Positions 37,597-44,433 of a stretch of DNA of 44,433 bases are shown here, piece after piece. Location: positions 1 to 44,433 of the forward strand of contig SYMT01000216.1 of the NCBI GenBank assembly GCA_005805375.1. The letters are read 5' to 3'. Origin of the DNA: Actinomycetota bacterium. GTDB taxonomy: Bacteria; Armatimonadota; SYMT01. The position numbers were made by a program, and so were the translations under genes. Position 1 is the stretch's first letter; each line of letters starts with the position of its first letter. The notes beneath the pieces were generated by a model that worked only from the letters and a program-made list of their open reading frames with translations, was not told the DNA's origin and did no database searches.

Positions 37597-39138
37597 ATGC
37601 TCGGAAGGCTTTCCCTGGCAGCGTTCGCCGCGGCTGCAGCTCTCTTTTTCTCATACAGGTCCCAGGGCCCGGCGATGCCGGTGGGCAGGCCCCAGGATTG
37701 GGTGACAACCAAGTCTCGGTGGAACGAGGCGGGCAGATTTTGGATTGCGTCCGCACCCGCAGAGATCCGCAGCGGCAAACCCTACGGGAAGCTGCGCTAC
37801 CTGTATCAGCAGTACTGCGCATTGCTGGTCAAGCATTCCTGTCCGCTGAACAGTTCCCTTGTGGGCAGAGGTACCGTAGGGCTGTACGCCTGGGCGTGCG
37901 CCGACCATGCGCTGAATCTGGAACATCTCTTTCAGGCAGCCGGGATCCGTGGCCTTCAGATTTTTCTGATTCGCGGTACGCCGAGTTCTACCCTCTCCGG
38001 CATCGCGAAGGGCGTGAACATGGACCATGGTGCGTTGGTGGCGGTCATCGAGGGAATGCCTTTCGTGTTTGATCCATGGCTGCCGGCGTACCTGACTAGT
38101 AAGTCCTATGCGAATTCCGAGCAGATGGACTTCGGAGGCATCCCGATCGAACTTTGGGAGTGGAAGATGCGGCGCCACGGCTATGAGGTGTACACGCATA
38201 CAAGCGAACTGATCGGCAACACGTGGCACCCGTCAGTGGCAAAGGCCCTGGAGGCAGGCAACGGCAAGTTCACGGCAACGGGTGACTTGCCGCGACCGCA
38301 GCGAGCGACTCCGTCTCGGGCGCACTGGAAACTGGGTCTGATCGAGACCGCGGGTTACCACAAGTCGGCGCCGAAGCAGATCGCGGCAGCAGGAACCGAT
38401 GGGTTCTTCTGGATCTGGACGGCGTTCAATGACGACAAGGAGTACGTGGCTCGGCTTCGTCTTCACTGGGCGGCGGCGCCGGATCTTGCCACGCTCGTCC
38501 CCGGGGAAACCGTCAACGTCTCCGGTTCGATGGTGGACACGCTGTCCCCGGCAAATCCGGCTATCGGCTACCGCTGCGACATCCTGGCCGACTATGTGCC
38601 CGGGTTGGGGACGGACCGAAAGATCCAAAATGTCCTCTCCGTTGGGCTCGTAACCGATGCGAGCGGCAATCCGAAGCAGGTAAGCCACACCGATGGGAAG
38701 TTCACCGTCCCAGCAGGTGACTCCCCCGACGCCGCGCTGAAGGTGACCGTGGCAGTAGCCGGGCGCCAACTCGGGGAGTCCCTTATCTACCGGTATCGGT
38801 GGTCACCGACCGGTGCAGCCCCCGTGCCCGGAGGCAAGCTGGGGTTTGCGGGCCGCTGGAAGACGGCGTGGGGAATTGTCGAGCTGGGCGTCCGCAACAC
38901 GACAGTGACGGGCTCCTACCCACACGACGGCGGCAAGATTGACGGACTTCTCTCCGATGACGGGAAGATCCTGACCGGGACCTGGTCGGAAGGTCCTACC
39001 TATCAGCCGCCCAACGATGCGGGGGACATCGTGTTCACGCTGAGCGACGACGGGAGGACCTTCGCGGGCCGCTACTGGTACGGACAGCGGAAACCGGATG
39101 ACCCCGGCGCGGAATGGAACGGCACACGGATCGAGTAG
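37597..39138 (+). CDS. Secreted multidomain hypothetical protein: putative Cys-His-Asp (transglutaminase/papain-like) domain + beta-sandwich + C-terminal beta-barrel
   Basis: Signal peptide; WACADH (Cys 37897), DHGALV (His 38026), FVFDPW (Asp 38071); C-terminal FAGRWKT.WG...LTGTWSE...FAGRY...WNGTR. Confidence 0.7.
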   Translation: MLGRLSLAAFAAAAALFFSYRSQGPAMPVGRPQDWVTTKSRWNEAGRFWIASAPAEIRSGKPYGKLRYLYQQYCALLVKHSCPLNSSLVGRGTVGLYAWACADHALNLEHLFQAAGIRGLQIFLIRGTPSSTLSGIAKGVNMDHGALVAVIEGMPFVFDPWLPAYLTSKSYANSEQMDFGGIPIELWEWKMRRHGYEVYTHTSELIGNTWHPSVAKALEAGNGKFTATGDLPRPQRATPSRAHWKLGLIETAGYHKSAPKQIAAAGTDGFFWIWTAFNDDKEYVARLRLHWAAAPDLATLVPGETVNVSGSMVDTLSPANPAIGYRCDILADYVPGLGTDRKIQNVLSVGLVTDASGNPKQVSHTDGKFTVPAGDSPDAALKVTVAVAGRQLGESLIYRYRWSPTGAAPVPGGKLGFAGRWKTAWGIVELGVRNTTVTGSYPHDGGKIDGLLSDDGKILTGTWSEGPTYQPPNDAGDIVFTLSDDGRTFAGRYWYGQRKPDDPGAEWNGTRIE

Positions 39139-39154
39139 CCGCCGGCCCGCTGCG

Positions 39155-39210
39155 CATGATGACCGGGTTCCACCGGTAACCAGCCGGTGGAACCCCGGTC
39201 ATCGTGTTTT
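39155..39210. terminator. Long hairpin between convergent genes (likely terminator)
   Basis: GATGACCGGGTTCCACCGG-TAACCAG-CCGGTGGAACCCCGGTCATC (19 bp, one bulge), then GTGTTTT. Confidence 0.75.
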
Positions 39211-39268
39211 CACCGGGTAGTGAGTGGTGCGGTTCTGTCCGCTTCCGGTCCGATGCAGGATCCCGAGT

Positions 39269-40714
39269 CTATGCGGGCGAGGGCGGGCGCTCGAGAATCT
39301 TCGCGACGACCTGTCCCGGCTGCCCGTCCAGCAAGCTGCCGAACCCATTCGGTCGCGTGATGGTCAACTGCTGCGGCTCCAGTCCGAACAGGTAGAGCAG
39401 TGTGGCGTGGTAGTCGTAGTGATTAACGGTGTCCTGCACCGCTTTGTACCCGATTTCGTCGGTCTCTCCGTGGACCAACCCGCCCTTCACCCCGCCGCCC
39501 GCCAGCCACATGCTGAAGCCCTGACCGTTGTGGTCGCGGCCGATGTCAGCCTCGTTCTGTACCACGGGCAGGCGGCCCATCTCCCCTCCCCAGTGTACCA
39601 ACGTCGTGTCCAGCAACCCTCTGCGTTTCAGGTCCATCACCAGGGCGGCGCCCGGCTGGTCTATCTTGCGGCAGACCTTCGGGAGTGTTCGCTGAATTCC
39701 GCCGTGATGATCCCAGGTCTGGTTGCCGGTATGGATCTGCACGAAGCGCACGCCGCGTTCCACCAGTCGCCGAGCGATCAGGCAGCGGGTCCCATAGTCG
39801 CGGCTGTCGTCGTGATCCAATCCGTAGAGCCGGTGTGTCTCCGCGGACTCACCGGAGATGTCGAGCGCCTCGGCGGCGGCAAGCTGCATGCGGGCGGCCA
39901 GTTCGTAGCTCTGCATGCGGGCAGCCAGGTCATGCTCGCCCGGGTGCCGAGCGGAATGGGCCTGGTTGAGGCGCTGCAGATAGGCGAGCGTGCGACCCTG
40001 GGGTGCGCCGCGGAGGTGGGCGGGCGGGTCCAGATTCAGGATGCGCGGCTCCCGCGGCCGGATGACGGTGCCCTGGAACAGAGATGGCAGCCACCCGTTC
40101 TGCCAGTTCTCAACCCCGAGCACGGGGATCCCCGTTGGGTCGGTCAGCACGACGAAGGCGGGCAGATTCCGGTTCTCGGAGCCGAGACCGTAGGTAAACC
40201 ACGCGCCCAGGGCCGGCCGCCCGCGGAGGATGCGGCCCGTGTTCATCGCGCTGATGCCGGTCTCGTGCCCGTTGGTACCCGTATGCATTCCGCGGATCAG
40301 GCAGATATCGTCCGCGACCTGGCCCAGGTGTGGAAGCAACTCACTCAGTGCCATCCCGCATTCGCCGCGTGGGAGGAACTTCCAGGGACTGGCGTACAGC
40401 TTCTGGCTGGCTTGTTCGGTATTGTCCTGTTGGAACCGGAGTTTCGTTTCCTGGAGATGGTGATTCGCCAGTTCGGGTTTCGGGTCGAACAGATCGAGGT
40501 GGCTCGGTCCACCCTGCATGAACATCGAAATCAGAGCCCGGGCCTGCGGCGCGCGGGCAGGGAGGCGCGGCTTCAGGTCGTAGTCACGCCGCTCCAATTC
40601 CGGTTTGGGCGGCGCGGCGAGGGCGCCGTCCTGTCGAAGCAGGTCCAGGAGGGCCAGCCCTCCCAGACCAAACGCGCTCTGTGCGAGAAGATGGCGACGG
40701 GTGAAGTGCGACAT
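39269..40714 (-). CDS. DUF1501 domain protein
   Basis: TRRHLL Tat-like N-terminus, MQGGPSHLDLFDPKP, CLIARRLVERGVRFVQ, WDHH, WGGEMGR.P, GRDHN, WLAGGGVKGG, D.HATLL. Confidence 0.95.
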   Translation of the reverse strand: MSHFTRRHLLAQSAFGLGGLALLDLLRQDGALAAPPKPELERRDYDLKPRLPARAPQARALISMFMQGGPSHLDLFDPKPELANHHLQETKLRFQQDNTEQASQKLYASPWKFLPRGECGMALSELLPHLGQVADDICLIRGMHTGTNGHETGISAMNTGRILRGRPALGAWFTYGLGSENRNLPAFVVLTDPTGIPVLGVENWQNGWLPSLFQGTVIRPREPRILNLDPPAHLRGAPQGRTLAYLQRLNQAHSARHPGEHDLAARMQSYELAARMQLAAAEALDISGESAETHRLYGLDHDDSRDYGTRCLIARRLVERGVRFVQIHTGNQTWDHHGGIQRTLPKVCRKIDQPGAALVMDLKRRGLLDTTLVHWGGEMGRLPVVQNEADIGRDHNGQGFSMWLAGGGVKGGLVHGETDEIGYKAVQDTVNHYDYHATLLYLFGLEPQQLTITRPNGFGSLLDGQPGQVVAKILERPPSPA

Positions 40715-40723
40715 GGACGGCTC

Positions 40724-43435
40724 CTATTCGACGTACAGAAAAGCGTTTGACGCGACCAGGGCGTGGCAGAAACGGGTGAGTGCAGGCAGCGCCACCTCCG
40801 CAGGCTTTGCTTCCGCATTCGGCGTGTTCGCGGCCTGCTCGTCGCGTAAGAAGGCTACCCCGTCCTCGACCTCGCGCAGAGAGGGTGTGTGACCGAGTGC
40901 CAGGCGCCAGGCCAAACGACATTGTGTGGCGAGGTCAGCTCCGGCCTGGCGCCGGACCCGATCGGCGAACAGGGATGCCTGCTGCAACACGAACGGGTTG
41001 TTGAGCATGAGCAGTGCCTGCGACGGAGCGGTGGACGACGCACGGCGTTCGCAATTCGGCGACAGCGGCGGGAGGTCGAACGGCTCCAGCACGCCGAGGG
41101 GCATTGTCCGGCGCATCTGGATGTAGATACTGCGTCGAAACTCTTCGTCGCCCAGCGGCACAAACTTCCCGGTGGGGCGCCCGGATCCGTCGCGGGTGTC
41201 TACCGCAATGATCACCTGTCCCCCCTCGTCCGGGCTTACCGGCACCGGTGGCCCGTAGAGTTTCCGTGTGAGCCGACCGCTCGCCGCGAGAAGTGAGTCC
41301 CGGATCGTCTCGGCCTCCAGGCGACGGACCGGCATCCGCCCCAGCAGGCGGTTCTCAGGGTCCAGGGCATCCAGAGCGGAGCGGCGTCTGGATGTCTGCC
41401 GGTAGGCGGTGGAACACACAAGCAGGCGGTGCAGGCGCTTCAGTTTCCAGCCGCCTGCCATGAAGTCCGAGGCGAGCCAGTCCAGCAGTTCGGGGTGCGA
41501 CGGCCGTTCCCCCTGGGTGCCGAAATCGCCCGGCGTGGACACGAGCCCCTGCCCGAAGTGATGGAGCCAGAAGCGATTGACGAGCACGCGCGCTACGAGA
41601 GGGTGCCGGCCGTTCGTCAGATGGCGGGCGTAGGCCAGCCGACGGCCGGAGGTCGGGAGGGACGGGTCGTCGCTCGGTATCTCTGCCCCGGCCCGATTCA
41701 GCACACTCAGCTCTCCGGGCGCGACCTCCTGACGCGGCTGCTGGAAGTCCCCTCGTGCAAAGAGGTGGGTCGGGGGGAGCGGCCCCGGCGCCTCCGTCAG
41801 GCACATGGCGAAGCGATCGGCCGGCCGCGCCTTCCCGGCGGCGGCGATGAGGTCGTCCCACCGTTTCGTGAATTCGGCCAGTTTATCGGGCCGGAACCGG
41901 GCCACAGAGGCGCCATCCACGCCCACGAACGGGTGCTGCGCGAGGAACTGTTTCTGCGCCGGGGTGCGCTGGGCCGGAGGGGTGGACCGGACGGTCCGGG
42001 CAATTTGCTGTGCGTCGTTCGGAAGCTTCGCCACTTCTCGCTCGAAGGTGGACTGCACGATCGCATCCAGTTCGGCCTGGCGCTGCTTCGACAACGCCTG
42101 GAGTTCGCGATCTGCTGCGGCCGCGCGGTCGCGTTCCGCGTCGCTCCAGAGGGATACCAGGCGCTGCGCGGGCGTGCGCCACTTCTTCCAGTCGTAGGCG
42201 GGGGCGAAGAGCGCGCGTACCCGGTAGTAATCCACCTGGGTGATCGGGTCGTAGCGATGGTTGTGACACTGGGCGCAGCCCACGGACAGCCCGAGGATGG
42301 CGGTACTGGTGATCTTGATGGTTTCGGCGATTACCTGGTTGCGTGCCGTTGGGGCGTCCGCGTCGGATGCGCCCGTGCCGTCCGGCCCCATTCGGAGAAA
42401 TCCGGTGGCGATCAGCCGGTCGGCCTGCTCCGGTGTCAGGTCGCGGTTGGGTGCGGGGACCAGTTCATCGCCGGCGAGTTGCTCCACCAGAAACTCGTTC
42501 CAGGGACGGTCGGCGTTGAACGCGCGAATCACGTAGTCGCGGTACTGGTAGGCCCACGGACGGAGGGAGTCCTGTTCGGAGTAGCCATCGCTGTCGGCGT
42601 AGCCTGCGACGTCGAGCCAGTGCCTGGCCCACCGTTCCCCGTACTCGGGCGAGGCGAGCAGGTCGTCCACGAGCTTCTCGTACGCGTCTGGGGATACGTC
42701 TGCCGTGAAGCGGTTCACTGCCTCGGGGGATGGCGGGAGCCCTGTCAGATCGAAATACAACCGGCGAATCAGTGTCTCGCGGTCCGCTTCAGGTCCGAAA
42801 CCCTGACCCTTTGCTTCCAGGCGGGCGAGCAGGAAGGCATCAATCGGGGCCCGCACGCGATCCTGCCGCTTGACCCGGGGCACGGCCGGCGTGGTGATCG
42901 GCTGGAAGGACCAGTGCGCGCGCTCCTCGTCCGTGAAGGAGTCGGCCGCGGACGGCGCCGCGGGTTCCGGTCGCGCGGTGCGGGCCCCCGCTCCGATCCA
43001 CTCCGCCAGTGTTCGCAACTCCCTTGCGGAGAGCTTCTTGGGGCCGGGCGGCATTTCACCCGCAGCAACCCGGCGGTACAGCCGGCTGTCGTTGGGGTTA
43101 CCGGGGACCACAGCGGCGCCGGAGCGACCCCCCTTCACCAGCAAACGGGCCAGGCGAGTATCGAGCCCGCCCTGGATCGTGTCCTCTTCCCCGTGGCACT
43201 GCCAGCAGTGTGCCTTTAGAATGGGACGGACGTCACGCTCGAAGAGCAGTTCCCGGCCCGAAGGTGCAGCGAGGGCTGTTGCGCCCGGCCGGCGACCGGA
43301 CGGCGGCGACGCCGGAGCGTCGCGCTGTCCGGTCGCACTGCGCCCGGGTACGGGACCGGCGAACGCAAAGAGAAGGCCCGCCAGCAAAGCCAGCGCCGGA
43401 TATCGAAATGGAGTGCCGGGCGACACAGGCGTCAT
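40724..43435 (-). CDS. Planctomycete cytochrome c + DUF1549 + DUF1553 (PSD1) protein
   Basis: FERDVRPILKAHCWQCHG, HWSFQP, LIRRLYFDLTGLPP, YGERWARHWLD, CAQCHNH, PSHPELLDWLA, RLEAETIRD, QALL.LNN, N.FLYVE. Confidence 0.95.
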   Translation of the reverse strand: MTPVSPGTPFRYPALALLAGLLFAFAGPVPGRSATGQRDAPASPPSGRRPGATALAAPSGRELLFERDVRPILKAHCWQCHGEEDTIQGGLDTRLARLLVKGGRSGAAVVPGNPNDSRLYRRVAAGEMPPGPKKLSARELRTLAEWIGAGARTARPEPAAPSAADSFTDEERAHWSFQPITTPAVPRVKRQDRVRAPIDAFLLARLEAKGQGFGPEADRETLIRRLYFDLTGLPPSPEAVNRFTADVSPDAYEKLVDDLLASPEYGERWARHWLDVAGYADSDGYSEQDSLRPWAYQYRDYVIRAFNADRPWNEFLVEQLAGDELVPAPNRDLTPEQADRLIATGFLRMGPDGTGASDADAPTARNQVIAETIKITSTAILGLSVGCAQCHNHRYDPITQVDYYRVRALFAPAYDWKKWRTPAQRLVSLWSDAERDRAAAADRELQALSKQRQAELDAIVQSTFEREVAKLPNDAQQIARTVRSTPPAQRTPAQKQFLAQHPFVGVDGASVARFRPDKLAEFTKRWDDLIAAAGKARPADRFAMCLTEAPGPLPPTHLFARGDFQQPRQEVAPGELSVLNRAGAEIPSDDPSLPTSGRRLAYARHLTNGRHPLVARVLVNRFWLHHFGQGLVSTPGDFGTQGERPSHPELLDWLASDFMAGGWKLKRLHRLLVCSTAYRQTSRRRSALDALDPENRLLGRMPVRRLEAETIRDSLLAASGRLTRKLYGPPVPVSPDEGGQVIIAVDTRDGSGRPTGKFVPLGDEEFRRSIYIQMRRTMPLGVLEPFDLPPLSPNCERRASSTAPSQALLMLNNPFVLQQASLFADRVRRQAGADLATQCRLAWRLALGHTPSLREVEDGVAFLRDEQAANTPNAEAKPAEVALPALTRFCHALVASNAFLYVE

Positions 43436-43475
43436 CCCTCGCTGTGGTGACTATTGCGAATGTTCTCAAGGGAAG

Positions 43476-43503
43476 GTTCGGCACGCACCCGCCGCGCACC
43501 TTC
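43476..43503 (-). promoter_or_regulatory. Candidate SigH-like promoter GAAGGT-N18-GAAC
   Basis: 40 nt upstream of the PSD1 gene start. Confidence 0.5.
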
Positions 43504-43521
43504 GCAGCAGATGCGCGTCCT

Positions 43522-44169
43522 TTATCCGCCGCCGATCCGCGCGCCGCATTCCGCACAGAACTTCGCGCCCGGCTTCGCCTCCGCGCGGCAGGAGGGGCAG
43601 GAGGGCTTGGCTGCCAGGTTGTGTCCGCATTCGCTGCAGAAGCGCTTCCCTGCCTGGGAGTCGGTGCCGCACGCCGGGCAATTCGAGGCCGCCGCGGCGC
43701 TGCTCAGTTTCACGCCCCCGGTCAGATCCGCGCTCATCGCCTTTTCGCGCAGTTGTTGGATCGTGGCCTCGCTCTCAATCGCCGTGATTTCCTGATCCAT
43801 GTGCGGCGAGCAGCCCACGCACTGATTGCGCTCGTGATTCCAGCAGACCGGTTCACAAACCCACTGGCCGCACCGCCGGCACTGTTTGAACTGGGGGCTG
43901 ATCTCCTCCACCGCCTTCTTCAGCGCGCCGTCGTGCGCCGGGCCGCCGATCGCCCGCTGGATTTCAAACGCGGAGTCGGCCGCTCGCCCGAGGAGGCCGC
44001 CGAAGAGATTTCCGGCGGCCCGCAGCGCACCTTCAGCCACTCCCGTCAGGTTGGCCTGAAAGGAGGACATATAACCGTTCCCGCAGCGCTCGCAGTTGAA
44101 CCGGAACTGAAAGCCGCGATCGGTGGAGAGGTCGTCGTAGTTGTCGGTGAATGGGATGTGTCCAGCCAT
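43522..44169 (-). CDS. Zinc-ribbon (double zinc ribbon) protein
   Basis: FT.NY.DLSTD.GFQF.F.C..CG.G; eight Cys pairs including C-terminal CPAC/CSEC/CPSC/CAEC. Confidence 0.88.
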   Translation of the reverse strand: MAGHIPFTDNYDDLSTDRGFQFRFNCERCGNGYMSSFQANLTGVAEGALRAAGNLFGGLLGRAADSAFEIQRAIGGPAHDGALKKAVEEISPQFKQCRRCGQWVCEPVCWNHERNQCVGCSPHMDQEITAIESEATIQQLREKAMSADLTGGVKLSSAAAASNCPACGTDSQAGKRFCSECGHNLAAKPSCPSCRAEAKPGAKFCAECGARIGGG

Positions 44170-44214
44170 AATATGTCTTTCTGCCGCGGTGCTTCGTTTT
44201 GCCGCGTCTTTCTA

Positions 44215-44433
44215 TCAGAGCGCGGCGGCGATGAACTCGTTGAGCAGATTGTCGGGCGGCGGGTTCATGGCCGCGCGCACGTTGGCTTCGAGTTGATCCT
44301 GATTCAGATTGCCCAGCGGATTGCCGTGTATGCGCCCTTCACGCAGACAAAAGTGCAGGGCCATTCGGAGGAGGCTGACGCTGCGTTCGAGACACCAGCT
44401 TCGCATACGATCGGCGCGCACGGCGTCCGTGTC
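44215..44433 (-). CDS. Probable aldo/keto reductase, C-terminal part (5' end outside window)
   Basis: WC.E..VSL..MALHFCLRE.RI....LG.....QLE.NV.A matches the AKR C-terminal pattern. Confidence 0.6.
   Translation of the reverse strand, partial: DTDAVRADRMRSWCLERSVSLLRMALHFCLREGRIHGNPLGNLNQDQLEANVRAAMNPPPDNLLNEFIAAAL

Noticed and set aside
10760-43219. Long antisense or alternate-frame ORFs (e.g. 10760-12700, 13555-15522, 22741-24420, 39224-40750, 41429-43219)
   Set aside because: They overlap well-supported genes, lack motifs, and are expected shadows in high-GC DNA.
1-44433. Genome-wide TAG reassignment (alternative genetic code)
   Set aside because: TAG ends genes exactly at family-typical C-termini (hemW ...SQFL, DUF1553 ...FVFNH and ...FLYVE), so it is a normal stop here. 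No pyl genes are in the window.

Overview
GC-rich bacterial chromosomal window, probably a diderm Armatimonadota-like organism with Planctomycete-type DUF1501/DUF1549/DUF1553/cytochrome-c modules (taxonomy is inferred from gene content, not searched). Bases 1-2600 hold decayed genes: a frameshifted DUF1501, a small multidrug-export gene split by a truncated IS4, and a hydrolase-like C-terminal fragment. A housekeeping block follows (epimerase, DEDDh exonuclease, Ig-domain LptD-like protein, YncE/phosphoesterase, hemW, SPOR, smpB, nfo, hrcA, grpE, K+-channel-like protein, sixA, enolase-family enzyme, IMPDH). Next come a DUF1549/DUF1553 + cytochrome-c/WD40 operon, a 1.3 kb intergenic region of nested REP-like repeats, catabolic enzymes, secreted unknowns and a second cytochrome-c/DUF1549/DUF1553-DUF1501 pair. 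Most notable: an in-frame TAG inside an otherwise intact DUF1549/1553 gene; a eukaryote-type IMPDH; a recurrent AGG(A/T)-N18-GAA(C/G) SigH-like promoter motif ahead of at least five genes; a candidate attenuator-type leader; a channel lacking the GYG filter; and a secreted Cys-His-Asp enzyme of unknown function. No CRISPR array, rRNA or tRNA was seen. All family assignments come from recognising motifs by eye; no database search was run.
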